Positions 1 to 9,457 of a DNA stretch of 64,000 bases are shown one piece after another. Below the pieces are notes generated by a model. The model was given only the letters and a program-made list of their open reading frames with translations, had not been told where the DNA came from and made no database searches. The DNA is from an uncultured Schleiferiaceae bacterium (GTDB taxonomy: Bacteria; Bacteroidota; Bacteroidia; Flavobacteriales; Schleiferiaceae). The position numbers and the translations under genes were made by a program. Each line of letters opens with the position of its first letter. The stretch's first letter is position 1. Location: NCBI GenBank assembly GCA_965661055.1, contig CBFICS010000005.1:45766-109765 (forward strand), in the 5' to 3' direction.

Positions 1-327
1 AACAAAACCTATTCAACTCCAACCAATGGGGTTTCTAAAAGAGCCACAAGAAGGAGCACTTATACCCCACACAGTCAAAGGTCAAATAACATTTCTCATC
101 GCGAGGTTAGAACGCAACAAGGTAGATACTCTAGCGGAAAAAACTCTAGGTCTAGATCAAGAATCGGGGGCTACACACCCAGCAGAACCCCATCAAGAAG
201 CTATACACCTAGCCAAAGCCAAGGAGGTTCTGGCCAAAATTACACACCGAATAGGTCAAGAACTTCATCACCTAGTCGTACGAGTAGCCCGACGAGAACT
301 AATTCAGGCTCAAGAGGAAGAAGATAA
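1..327 (+). CDS. 3' end of a CDS entering from the left edge; basic Ser/Arg/Thr/Pro-rich low-complexity C-terminal tail, product unknown
   Basis: Frame +1 is open from nt 1 to TAA at 325-327. It is not in the track because it has no in-window Met. Translation ends ...GYTPSRTPSRSYTPSQSQGGSGQNYTPNRSRTSSPSRTSSPTRTNSGSRGRR*, with four degenerate YTP[HSN] repeats and AGA Arg codons. It competes with track ORF 26..337 in frame +2. Confidence 0.4.
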   Translation, partial: NKTYSTPTNGVSKRATRRSTYTPHSQRSNNISHREVRTQQGRYSSGKNSRSRSRIGGYTPSRTPSRSYTPSQSQGGSGQNYTPNRSRTSSPSRTSSPTRTNSGSRGRR

Positions 328-333
328 AACCAC

Positions 334-1758
334 ATGATGACAAAATTCAAGCTAATCATCCTTGGCGTCCTTGCCATAGGACTTGGAAAAATACAGGGGC
401 AAGGAATTCAAGATTACCTGCGCTTTTCTCAACCGGGCTATCAGGGTCAAGGCAGATTTACTGCCCTTGCAGGGGCTATGTCTGGAGTTGGTAACGACCT
501 TAGTTCCATTTCTCAAAATCCCGCGGCAGCGAGCATATTTAGAATGGACGAATTTGGGGTCAGTGTTAATTTTTACAATGCAACTGGCTACGCAGATTAC
601 TATGACAAAAGCACCCTTCAAAACTCTAGTAAATTCTTGTTAGACAACATTGGCTATGTAAAGAAACTAAACCCTAGAGACCCCTACTCGGCTACCGTTT
701 CTATTTCTTATAATCAAGGGGTGAACTTGAGAGAATCACAGGCCATTGTGGCTAACAATCCGGAAAGCTCTGTCATTGATGCATGGATAAGAAATGCCGA
801 AGGAATAAACCCTGACAATTTATATGACAACGGGTTTTACGATGAAGGAACCGCTTATTATACCTTTTTAATTGATTACGACCCGTCTACCGGAACCTAC
901 GACTCTCAAGCCCTAGGTAATCCTAAACAAAAAATTGAAATTGACCGCAGAGGCGGTAAAGGAGAAGTAAACTTCACCTATGCAGATGTAGTAAACAAAA
1001 AACTGCACTGGGGACTATCATTAGTTTTTCCAACCATCACTTACAGAGATTACATTGTATTGGAAGAGTCTGGCTTTACTGGAGACTCTATTCATAGTTT
1101 TGTAAAAGAGAACTACTTTTCTGCAGATGGTGTTGGAGTTGGCGCTAGATTTGGTCTCATTTACAAGCCAAATAACATCATCAGGTTAGCGGCCAGCATT
1201 AAGACACCTGAGGCCATTTTTATGACCGGACAATTTGAAACCATCATCTCAGCGAGGTTTGCAAATTCAATTGATGGTGAAGAAGCATCTGTAGAAAATC
1301 CAGAATATTTTTATACTGTTTACACACCACCATCCATAACATTGGCGTCAGGCATTGTGATGAAAAAATTCGGTTTTATTGATATTGATCTTGAGTACCT
1401 TCCGTTTACTTGGGGAGGATTTTCAAGATTAGGAGATGAAGTTAACAAAGAAATAAACAGTTATCTAAACGGAACGTTAAACGCTCGATTTGGGGTAGAA
1501 TTAAAAGCAGACCGTTTTTACGCAAGAGGTGGGTACAACTTTCTGTCTAGCCCTTACAACTTTAATGCAAAAGTAGGTCGAAGAGATATTTATGCCGTTG
1601 GTATGGGTTACAGAAAGCCCAGCTTTTCTATTGACCTTTCTTACAATTATGTGAGACAGCATAGTCAATATTACCCTTATGCATCTGACTTGGTAAACCC
1701 CGTTCAGACCCAATTAGATAAAAACAATATAGCGTTAGGCTTTAGCTTGAGAATGTAA
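334..1758 (+). CDS. Outer-membrane beta-barrel protein (FadL/PorV-like)
   Basis: 474 aa with a signal peptide (MMTKFKLIILGVLAIGLGKIQG). The motif GRFTALAGAMSGVGNDLSSISQNPAA resembles the N-terminal G-x-G-A...NPA motif of FadL/PorV-type barrels. Strand-like alternating pattern through to the C-terminus. Confidence 0.6.
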   Translation: MMTKFKLIILGVLAIGLGKIQGQGIQDYLRFSQPGYQGQGRFTALAGAMSGVGNDLSSISQNPAAASIFRMDEFGVSVNFYNATGYADYYDKSTLQNSSKFLLDNIGYVKKLNPRDPYSATVSISYNQGVNLRESQAIVANNPESSVIDAWIRNAEGINPDNLYDNGFYDEGTAYYTFLIDYDPSTGTYDSQALGNPKQKIEIDRRGGKGEVNFTYADVVNKKLHWGLSLVFPTITYRDYIVLEESGFTGDSIHSFVKENYFSADGVGVGARFGLIYKPNNIIRLAASIKTPEAIFMTGQFETIISARFANSIDGEEASVENPEYFYTVYTPPSITLASGIVMKKFGFIDIDLEYLPFTWGGFSRLGDEVNKEINSYLNGTLNARFGVELKADRFYARGGYNFLSSPYNFNAKVGRRDIYAVGMGYRKPSFSIDLSYNYVRQHSQYYPYASDLVNPVQTQLDKNNIALGFSLRM

Positions 1759-2832
1759 TTAAGCATTGTATTTATAAACCATCGCGTTGATATTCATTCC
1801 TGCACCTACACTGGCAAAAACGATATAATCTCCGTCGTTGAGTTTATGTCCTTCAAAATCTGTTTTTCGAACCAAATCAAATAGAGTTGGAATGGTTGCC
1901 ACAGAACTATTACCAAAGTTCTTAATACTCATAGGCATTACCTTTTCAATATCACACTTGGTATCGTATAACTTAAATAGCCTTTCTACTACGGCATGAT
2001 CTAGTTTAGTGTTAGCTTGATGTAAAAAGATTTTTTTAATATCGGAAATGGCTAATCCTGCTTCATCAATGGTTTGCTTAATAGACATAGGAACATTTTT
2101 CAATGCAAACTCATAAATTCTGCGACCGTTCATCTTTAAAAACCGTTCATTCATATCAGAACCGGGCTTATAAGATGGTCCTTCATACAAATAGTAAGCT
2201 TCTCTTTGCGCAAATGTGCTTTCTTTTGAGTGTATGATTCCGTACTCGCCCGTTTCATCTAATCCTAATAAAGAGGCGCCTGCCCCATCGGCAAAAATCA
2301 TTGAGTCTCTATCAGATTTATCTAAGACACGACTTAAAGTTTCTGTACCCACGACTAAAGCGTATTTGGCACGGCCCATCTTTAAATACATCTCAGCAAT
2401 AATCATTCCTTGAACCCAGCCAGGACACCCGAATAAAATATCAAATGCAACACAGCTTGGGTTTTTAATATCTAATCCGTGCTTAATTCTAGAAGCAATA
2501 CTAGGAACAGCATCGGTTCTTCCCGTTTCTTTTTCAACATCACCAAAGTTATGAGCAGCGATGATTACCCCAATTTCTTCTGGATCAACCCCACTTTCAT
2601 CAATGGCCTTTTGTGCAGCCTCTATACCTAGGTCAGAGTTGTTTTGTTCATCTCGAGCGTACCTTCTGTTTTGAATTCCAGTAATCGCTTCAAACTTTTG
2701 GATTAACTCATCGGCTGCCTTGTCAAAAGGCACCCCTTTTTCATCCAAAAAAAGATTTTTTACAAAATCTTGATTAGAAACCATTTTATCAGGTAGTACG
2801 TGTCCCGTACCTTTAATTATAACTGATGACAT
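1759..2832 (-). CDS. 3-oxoacyl-ACP synthase III (KAS III/FabH) family protein
   Basis: Active-site Cys context ILFGCPGW, HQAN and NFGNSS motifs (Cys-His-Asn triad). ATG at 2832 (MSSVIIKGTG...) preferred over the upstream extension to 2880. Confidence 0.8.
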   Translation of the reverse strand: MSSVIIKGTGHVLPDKMVSNQDFVKNLFLDEKGVPFDKAADELIQKFEAITGIQNRRYARDEQNNSDLGIEAAQKAIDESGVDPEEIGVIIAAHNFGDVEKETGRTDAVPSIASRIKHGLDIKNPSCVAFDILFGCPGWVQGMIIAEMYLKMGRAKYALVVGTETLSRVLDKSDRDSMIFADGAGASLLGLDETGEYGIIHSKESTFAQREAYYLYEGPSYKPGSDMNERFLKMNGRRIYEFALKNVPMSIKQTIDEAGLAISDIKKIFLHQANTKLDHAVVERLFKLYDTKCDIEKVMPMSIKNFGNSSVATIPTLFDLVRKTDFEGHKLNDGDYIVFASVGAGMNINAMVYKYNA

Positions 2833-3020
2833 TAAAAAAACTTTATTTGCCAAATGTGCTGACAAAAGTTGAGAACACAAGAATTTTTCAAGGTTTTATT
2901 TTACCGATTATCAAATTTGTAAAAAACAATTGATTTTATCTAAAAAAATATAAAAAATAAAAACTGAAACAGACATTTGTTGTTTGACAATTTGATGAAG
3001 GACAAAACATTAAAATTAGG

Positions 3021-3028
3021 TACCTTTG
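3021..3028 (+). promoter_or_regulatory. Candidate Bacteroidota -7 promoter box TAnnTTTG (TACCTTTG) for folE
   Basis: Exact TAnnTTTG match about 52 nt upstream of the folE ATG in a 199-nt AT-rich intergenic region. Confidence 0.35.
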
Positions 3029-3079
3029 CATCCCCTTTGGACACATAGGGTCCGATTGTATTGGGAAACAATATAAGTT

Positions 3080-3781
3080 ATGAAGGAAAAAAAGAACGGG
3101 GCAATGCCCACAGTTGAGGAATTAATTGATTCTATTGGTGACGGTCATCACTCTAGCGCACCCACTACTCCATTGAGAGAAGACGCTTTTAACATGACTG
3201 CAGAAGAGAAGTTGGAGAAAGTGCAAGAGCACGTGAAGGGAATCATGGAAACTTTGGGCCTAGATTTATCTGATGACAGCCTAAAGGGCACTCCTAAGAG
3301 AGTCGCTAAAATGTATGTTAACGAGATTTTTGGGGGTCTTGACCCAAAAGATGCTCCGAAGCTTAGCACCTTTAAGAACAATTACCAATATGGTGAAATG
3401 CTTGTAGAAAAGAACATTACGGTTTATTCTACTTGCGAACACCACTTTTTACCTATTGTAGGTAGAGCGCATGTAGCATATATTTCGAACGGAAAGGTTA
3501 TTGGCCTTTCTAAGATGAACCGAATTGTTGATCATTTCAGCAGAAGACCTCAAGTTCAAGAAAGACTTACAAGACAAATTGTATTTGCTCTTCAAGAAGC
3601 TTTAGGCACTAAAGATGTAGCTTGTGTAATTGATGCAAAACACCTTTGCGTTAATTCTAGAGGTATCCGAGACATTGAATCAAGTACGGTTACCGCAGAG
3701 TTTGGAGGTATGTTTAAAAACACTGACACCAAAAAAGAATTTCTAGATTACATTCAGATGAAAACTAACTTTGGGGCTTAA
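3080..3781 (+). CDS. folE: GTP cyclohydrolase I
   Basis: Motifs GTPKRVAKMY, CEHHFLPIVGRAHVAY and RPQVQERLT are typical of FolE. Confidence 0.9.
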   Translation: MKEKKNGAMPTVEELIDSIGDGHHSSAPTTPLREDAFNMTAEEKLEKVQEHVKGIMETLGLDLSDDSLKGTPKRVAKMYVNEIFGGLDPKDAPKLSTFKNNYQYGEMLVEKNITVYSTCEHHFLPIVGRAHVAYISNGKVIGLSKMNRIVDHFSRRPQVQERLTRQIVFALQEALGTKDVACVIDAKHLCVNSRGIRDIESSTVTAEFGGMFKNTDTKKEFLDYIQMKTNFGA

Positions 3782-3790
3782 CAAACTAAT

Positions 3791-5275
3791 ATGGTACGGT
3801 ACGAAGATCAAGAGATAAAAATTTACGAATCTATTTCAGGTAACAAAGAAACCTTTACTCCATTAAATGCACCTCATGTTGGAATGTATGTATGTGGACC
3901 AACGGTTTACAGTGATGTTCACCTAGGAAATTGTAGAACCTTTATTTCTTTTGATACCATTTACAGATACCTTTTACACTTAGGATATAAGGTTAGGTAT
4001 GTAAGAAACATTACCGATGCAGGTCATTTGGAGAATGATGCGGATGAAGGTGAGGACAAAATCTCTAAAAAGGCCCGTATTGAAGCCATTGAACCTATGG
4101 AAATCGTTCAGCGATACACTACGGGATTTCATGACGTAATGGCGCAGTTCAATGCTTTGCCTCCTTCTATTGAACCGACAGCTACCGGACACATTATTGA
4201 GCAAATTGAAATGATTAAAACCATCATTGACAATGGCTTGGCCTATGTTGAGAATGGTTCTGTATATTTTGATGTGGAGAAGTACAACTCCATTAATGGT
4301 GACTACGGAATTCTATCAAAAAGAAAAATTGAAGAGCTACAAAGCGGCTCAAGAGAATTAGATGGACAATCTGAAAAAAGAAGTCCATTAGATTTTGCCT
4401 TATGGAAAAAAGCTTCACCTACTCACATTATGAGATGGCCTTCACCTTGGAGTGATGGATTTCCAGGATGGCACCTTGAGTGTTCTGTAATGAGCACAAA
4501 ATATTTAGGAGAAGAATTTGACATTCACGGCGGGGGTATGGACTTGAAATTTCCGCATCACGAATGTGAAATTGCACAAAACCATGCAACAAACGGAAAG
4601 CACGCCGTTAAATACTGGCTTCATGCCAACATGCTTACTCTTAACGGAAAGAGAATGAGTAAGTCAACTGGAAACACCTTGCTTCCAGAAGAACTATTTT
4701 CCGGAAACACAGATATACTTGAAAAAGGGTTTGATCCATCTGTCGTGAGATTTTTCATGCTTCAAGCCCATTATAGAAGTGTCTTAGATTTTTCTAACGA
4801 CGCACTTTTGGCTGCAGAAAAGGGCTACAACCGTTTACTAGAAGCGGTAAAGAACCTTGAAAACCTCTCCGTTTCTAAAGAGTCTTCAACAGACGTTTCT
4901 AAACTTATTAAATCAGTTTACGATGCAATGAATGATGACTTTAATACGCCAGTTGCTATTGCAAACCTATTTGAAGGGGTTAAATTCATCAATAATGTTT
5001 TAGCTAAAAAGGCAACTATTTCTGCAACAGATAAAGAGGATTTACTCTCGTTTTTCAATTCGTTTATCTTTGAGGTTTTAGGACTGAAAAAGACCGGAGG
5101 CTCAGACAACTCAAAGACTTTAGATTCAGCCATGGATTTAATAATCAATCTGAGAAACCAAGCACGAACAGATAAAAACTGGTCACTTTCTGACCAAATC
5201 AGAGATCATTTGGCTAAAAGCGGCATTCAATTAAAAGACGGTGCAGAAGGCACAACATATATTCTTTCAGAGTGA
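3791..5275 (+). CDS. cysS: Cysteine--tRNA ligase
   Basis: Class I signature HLGN (HIGH) and KMSKS. The [16 protein letters not shown] zinc-site region is typical of CysRS. Confidence 0.95.
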   Translation: MVRYEDQEIKIYESISGNKETFTPLNAPHVGMYVCGPTVYSDVHLGNCRTFISFDTIYRYLLHLGYKVRYVRNITDAGHLENDADEGEDKISKKARIEAIEPMEIVQRYTTGFHDVMAQFNALPPSIEPTATGHIIEQIEMIKTIIDNGLAYVENGSVYFDVEKYNSINGDYGILSKRKIEELQSGSRELDGQSEKRSPLDFALWKKASPTHIMRWPSPWSDGFPGWHLECSVMSTKYLGEEFDIHGGGMDLKFPHHECEIAQNHATNGKHAVKYWLHANMLTLNGKRMSKSTGNTLLPEELFSGNTDILEKGFDPSVVRFFMLQAHYRSVLDFSNDALLAAEKGYNRLLEAVKNLENLSVSKESSTDVSKLIKSVYDAMNDDFNTPVAIANLFEGVKFINNVLAKKATISATDKEDLLSFFNSFIFEVLGLKKTGGSDNSKTLDSAMDLIINLRNQARTDKNWSLSDQIRDHLAKSGIQLKDGAEGTTYILSE

Positions 5276-5529
5276 ATTTAATCATCAAATACTTAAAATG
5301 GATATTAGGGCTACCACTATTAGCATTAGTGTATTTGTATAGATATTTAATCTCTCCACTTACTCCAGCTAGTTGCAGACATACGCCTACCTGTTCAGAA
5401 TACATGGTTGAGGCAATAAAAATATGGGGACCCTTTAAAGGAAGTTGGTTGGGGTTAAAAAGATTGAGTAAATGTCACCCCCTAGGAACATGGGGCTATG
5501 ACCCAGTACCAAAAAAAGATGAAAACTAA
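5272..5529 (+). CDS. yidD: Membrane protein insertion efficiency factor YidD
   Basis: Motif [21 protein letters not shown] start overlaps the cysS TGA (GTGA). Confidence 0.85.
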   Translation: MNLIIKYLKWILGLPLLALVYLYRYLISPLTPASCRHTPTCSEYMVEAIKIWGPFKGSWLGLKRLSKCHPLGTWGYDPVPKKDEN

Positions 5530-5532
5530 ATA

Positions 5533-6651
5533 ATGAAAAAAGAACTTAAATTTTTTGCACTAGCTGCTTTAGTAGCTGCTTGTAATTCGGGAAATCAAAA
5601 CTCAGAAGGGTCTTATTCGGCAGATGGAAAATCTGGGGAGACTCAAAAGTCGGCAATTCACTATTATGGAGAAACCCATTTAGCCAATGTGAAAATGTTG
5701 ACCAATGGCGGTGACAATGCAGAAGCCTATTTTAGCTTTGACGGATCAAAATTAGTTTTCCAATCTAACCATGAAAATTGGGGATTGAATTGTGATCAAA
5801 TCTTTGCATTTGATTGGAAGAACGACGACTTAATCAACAACAAACCGCAAATGATCTCTACCGGTTTAGGTAGAACCACCTGTTCTTACTTTATGCCAGG
5901 AGATAGTACTATTATTTACGCTTCAACTCACCTAGGTGATTCTGCTTGTCCTGCTGAGCCCGCTAAAAGAGAAGATGGTGCTTACGTTTGGCCAATTTAT
6001 CCTGATTTTGATATTTTCATCGCTGACACTAAAGGCAACATGATTGATACCATTATTTCAGGTCCTGGTTATGACGCAGAAGCGACGGTATCTCCTACGG
6101 GAGAAAAGATTGTTTATACCTCAATTAAGTCTGGCGACCTTGAACTTTACGTTTGCGACATAGATGGAAGTAATGAAGTTCAAGTTACCAGTGAGCTAGG
6201 TTATGATGGCGGCGCCTTCTTTTCACCTGATGGGTCAAAGTTGGTATTTAGATCTAGCCGTCCAAAGACAGAGGAAGAAATTACTGAGTATAAAGAATTA
6301 CTTTCTCAAGGCCTAGTTAAGCCTACAGAAATGGAAATCTATGTATGCAACATTGATGGTAGTAACTTAAAACAGGTTACCAACCTAGGTCAAGCAAACT
6401 GGGCTCCTTTCTTCCACCCTTCTGGGGAGAAAATTATCTTCTCATCAAACCATGCTTATGAGAAAGGATACCCTTTTAACTTATATATGATTAATGTAGA
6501 CGGAACAGGATTAGAGCAAATCACTAAAGATGGTGTTTTTGATGCTTTCCCAATGTTCTCACCTGACGGTAAAAAACTGATTTTCTCTTCAAATAGAGAG
6601 AATGGTGGCACACATGCAACCAACTTGTTTATTGCTGACTGGATTGATTAA
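5533..6651 (+). CDS. TolB-like PD40 beta-propeller lipoprotein
   Basis: Lipobox LVAAC. Repeated PD40 motifs FSPDGSKLVF, SPTGEKIVYTS, FSPDGKKLIFSSNR. Confidence 0.75.
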   Translation: MKKELKFFALAALVAACNSGNQNSEGSYSADGKSGETQKSAIHYYGETHLANVKMLTNGGDNAEAYFSFDGSKLVFQSNHENWGLNCDQIFAFDWKNDDLINNKPQMISTGLGRTTCSYFMPGDSTIIYASTHLGDSACPAEPAKREDGAYVWPIYPDFDIFIADTKGNMIDTIISGPGYDAEATVSPTGEKIVYTSIKSGDLELYVCDIDGSNEVQVTSELGYDGGAFFSPDGSKLVFRSSRPKTEEEITEYKELLSQGLVKPTEMEIYVCNIDGSNLKQVTNLGQANWAPFFHPSGEKIIFSSNHAYEKGYPFNLYMINVDGTGLEQITKDGVFDAFPMFSPDGKKLIFSSNRENGGTHATNLFIADWID

Positions 6652-6667
6652 ATAATGTTTCTATAAA

Positions 6668-6701
6668 TAAAAAAGCCCCATCAAATGATGGGGCTTTTTT
6701 T
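6668..6701. terminator. Bidirectional rho-independent terminator
   Basis: AGCCCCA / TGGGGCT stem with an 8-nt loop, flanked by an A-run and a T-run, between convergent genes. Overlaps the rlmH stop. Confidence 0.75.
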
Positions 6702-7173
6702 ATGAATGATGGTATTTTTCGTTATTTAAAATGGAAAAACCGCGATACAACTGCTCTAAAAAAATCATCCTCACCATTTGATGAGAATAGGTCATTGAGC
6801 TTAAACTAATTTTAGATTGAGCCCGTTGATAAACGTCGTCAGAAAACCCAAAGGCACCTCCAACAATAAAAATCAGTCTCTTCGGACTCGTATTCATCCA
6901 TTTTTGAATTTGAACGGCCCATTTCTCTGAAGAAAACTGTTTTCCGTTCTCGTCTAGCAGTACTACAAAATCTGAGGCTTCAAATTTTGACAGAAGAAAT
7001 TGACCTTCTATTTTTTTTATTTCTACCTCAGAAGTTTTCTTTCCTCTCTTCACATCAGGCCATTGCACATAAGAAAACTTGGTATAGTGAGGAATTCTTT
7101 TCAAATACTCATCTTCACCTTGTTGTAAGTATTTTGCATTTGTTTTACCAATTACCCAAAAGCAAATCTCCAT
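6700..7173 (-). CDS. rlmH: 23S rRNA (pseudouridine1915-N3)-methyltransferase
   Basis: SPOUT C-terminus SLSSMTYSHQMVRMIFLEQLYRGFSILNNEKYH. ATG at 7173 (MEICFW...) preferred. Confidence 0.9.
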   Translation of the reverse strand: MEICFWVIGKTNAKYLQQGEDEYLKRIPHYTKFSYVQWPDVKRGKKTSEVEIKKIEGQFLLSKFEASDFVVLLDENGKQFSSEKWAVQIQKWMNTSPKRLIFIVGGAFGFSDDVYQRAQSKISLSSMTYSHQMVRMIFLEQLYRGFSILNNEKYHHS

Positions 7174-7231
7174 AATTGTATCTTCGTTCAAAAGTTAAGA
7201 CCTTTGCAATATTAAGCATAATTGAAAGGAC

Positions 7232-8077
7232 ATGTTAAACATTCCTAATCTTCAAGAGATTATTAAAAACGCCTTTACGGAGGACGTTGGAGATGGAGAC
7301 CACAGTACCCTAGCTTGTATTCCCGACACCCAATCTGGTGCAGCTAAACTTCTTGTTAAGGAAGAGGGAATTTTGGCAGGGGTAGCCCTTGCCAAAGAGA
7401 TTTTCTCCTTTTACGACCCACGATTAGAAATAGAGATTTTACTTGAAGACGGAAGCCCCATAAAGCCAGGGGATGTTGCGTTTATTGTCCGTGGTCCAGA
7501 AAGATCATTATTAACAACAGAGCGTTTGGTTTTGAATTTCATGCAAAGATTAAGTGGAATTGCAACGCAGACCGCTAAATACGTAAAAATGCTTGAGAAT
7601 ACTCCAACAAAAGTGTTAGACACCCGGAAAACAACCCCTGGTCTACGCCATTTAGAAAAATGGGCTGTAACCTTAGGAGGAGGAATGAATCATCGCATTG
7701 GCCTTTACGATATGATAATGCTCAAAGACAACCACATAGATTTTTGTGGTGGCATTACAAAAGCGGTTGAAAAAACTAGAAAATACCTAGAGGAGCAAAA
7801 CAAGCCACTAAAAATTGAAGTAGAAACCAGAAACCTAGAAGAGGTAAAAGAAGCTTTATCTTGTAAGGTTGACCGAATAATGCTTGACAACTTCTCCATA
7901 GAAAACACACAAAAAGCCTTAACTTTAATTGGTGGTAAAGCAGAGACAGAATCTAGCGGTGGCATTACTGATAAAAACATAAAGGACTATGCAAACTGCG
8001 GAGTAGACTTTATTTCGGTTGGCGCTTTAACCCATCAAATATTTAGTTTAGATCTTAGTCTAAAAGCAATTAAATGA
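7232..8077 (+). CDS. nadC: Nicotinate-nucleotide pyrophosphorylase (quinolinate phosphoribosyltransferase)
   Basis: Motifs DTRKTTPGLR, GGGMNHRIGLYD, MLKDNH. Confidence 0.9.
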   Translation: MLNIPNLQEIIKNAFTEDVGDGDHSTLACIPDTQSGAAKLLVKEEGILAGVALAKEIFSFYDPRLEIEILLEDGSPIKPGDVAFIVRGPERSLLTTERLVLNFMQRLSGIATQTAKYVKMLENTPTKVLDTRKTTPGLRHLEKWAVTLGGGMNHRIGLYDMIMLKDNHIDFCGGITKAVEKTRKYLEEQNKPLKIEVETRNLEEVKEALSCKVDRIMLDNFSIENTQKALTLIGGKAETESSGGITDKNIKDYANCGVDFISVGALTHQIFSLDLSLKAIK

Positions 8078-9012
8078 TCAGAAAGAAGGCCCAAAATAAA
8101 TGGGAGATATTCTATCGGTTTGTCAAACGAAAAACCAAACAGGTGCCACTTCCGTTTATGGAAGGCATGTCTTTATATGATGTTGTAAGCTTTTTTATCC
8201 GGGGAATCATTGATGGAAAAATCACGACGAGGGCTTCATCATTAGCCTTTTCATTTTTCTTAGCCATATTTCCGGCCATACTATTCTTGTTCACCTTAAT
8301 TCCCTACATAGCAATTGATGGATTTCAGATGGAGCTATTTGAACTCATGCAAGATATTATGCCACCACAGACCTATGAAGAAGCCAAAAGCACCATTGAC
8401 GATATTCTTACGCACAAACAAGGAGGGCTTTTATCAATAGGTTTTATTGCCACCCTATTATTTGCAACCAATGGGGTTTATTCAATAATCACAAACTTTT
8501 CGCAATCTGTTCATGAAATTGATTTCAGAAGTTTTTGGCAACAATACATTGTAGCCGTTGGACTCACCATCATCCTTTCTATACTTCTTATAATTACCAT
8601 AGTGGTTTTAATATTTACCGAATCTGTAGGTAATTATTTTGTAGAACTAGACCTGCTATCTAACTACGTTGTTGACCTAATACAAGGAGGAAGAGTAATT
8701 ACTTTGATTATTCTAGTCCAAACGAGTATTTCTTTACTGATATATTTTGGTCCTACGAAAAAGAGTGACTGGCACTTCTTTAGTCCGGGTTCACTATTAG
8801 CCACCACCCTGATTGTGATTATTTCATTTTTATTCGGATATTACATAGATAACTTTTCACAGTACAATAAGCTATACGGATCTATTTCTACATTAATCAT
8901 AATCATGTTATGGATTTATGTGAATTCATTAGTTTTGATAATAGGGTTTGAATTAGATGCAAGTATTGCAGGAGTAAAAAAGAAAATTAAAGACAACAAT
9001 AAAAGAGATTAG
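8074..9012 (+). CDS. YihY/BrkB family membrane protein
   Basis: ATGA overlap with nadC. Multi-TM protein with the family-typical RASSLAFSFFLAIFPAILFLF segment. Confidence 0.75.
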   Translation: MIRKKAQNKWEIFYRFVKRKTKQVPLPFMEGMSLYDVVSFFIRGIIDGKITTRASSLAFSFFLAIFPAILFLFTLIPYIAIDGFQMELFELMQDIMPPQTYEEAKSTIDDILTHKQGGLLSIGFIATLLFATNGVYSIITNFSQSVHEIDFRSFWQQYIVAVGLTIILSILLIITIVVLIFTESVGNYFVELDLLSNYVVDLIQGGRVITLIILVQTSISLLIYFGPTKKSDWHFFSPGSLLATTLIVIISFLFGYYIDNFSQYNKLYGSISTLIIIMLWIYVNSLVLIIGFELDASIAGVKKKIKDNNKRD

Positions 9013-9015
9013 ATT

Positions 9016-9453
9016 ATGAGAAATGCCATTATCACCATTGCCTTGTTGGTAATTCCATTTTTAGGGATGAGTCAGTCAGATGAGATATTAGGAATTTGGC
9101 TCAATGAAAAAAAAGACTCTAAAATAGAAGTCTACAAATCGGGGGATAAGTATTTTGGAAAAATCATTTGGTTAAAGAACAATGTAAATGACGATGGCAC
9201 CAGTCCAAAGTTAGATAAGAAAAACGAAGACAAAGCCGAACAGAAAAAACCCATTGTTGGTAAGGTAATTTTAACCAATCTCTCTTGGGACGCTGATGAC
9301 AAAGAATGGTCAGACGGTGAAATCTATGATCCTAGAGGCGGCTCTCTTTACAGTTGTTTTGCTAGAATGGAAGCAAAAGATAAATTGTTTATCAAAGGAT
9401 ATATTGGCTTTAGCCTAATTGGAAGAAGTACTATTTGGACCCGTGTAAAATAA
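9016..9453 (+). CDS. DUF2147 domain-containing secreted protein
   Basis: Signal peptide, then GIWLNEKKDSKIEVYKSGDKYFGKIIWLK...GEIYDPRGG, which is the DUF2147 pattern. Confidence 0.7.
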   Translation: MRNAIITIALLVIPFLGMSQSDEILGIWLNEKKDSKIEVYKSGDKYFGKIIWLKNNVNDDGTSPKLDKKNEDKAEQKKPIVGKVILTNLSWDADDKEWSDGEIYDPRGGSLYSCFARMEAKDKLFIKGYIGFSLIGRSTIWTRVK

Positions 9454-9457
9454 TCAC

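Noticed and set aside
26-337. Track ORF of 103 aa in frame +2
   Set aside because: Frame +1 is open across the same region from the window edge. It shows internal YTP repeats and a host-like AGA Arg codon bias. The frame +2 ORF is probably a shadow of the biased sequence. This is not certain.
2881-3079. Possible folate/THF-type riboswitch in the folE leader
   Set aside because: There is only a weak CCCT...AGGG pairing. I recognise no conserved riboswitch core, and the leader after the -7 box is only about 45 nt.
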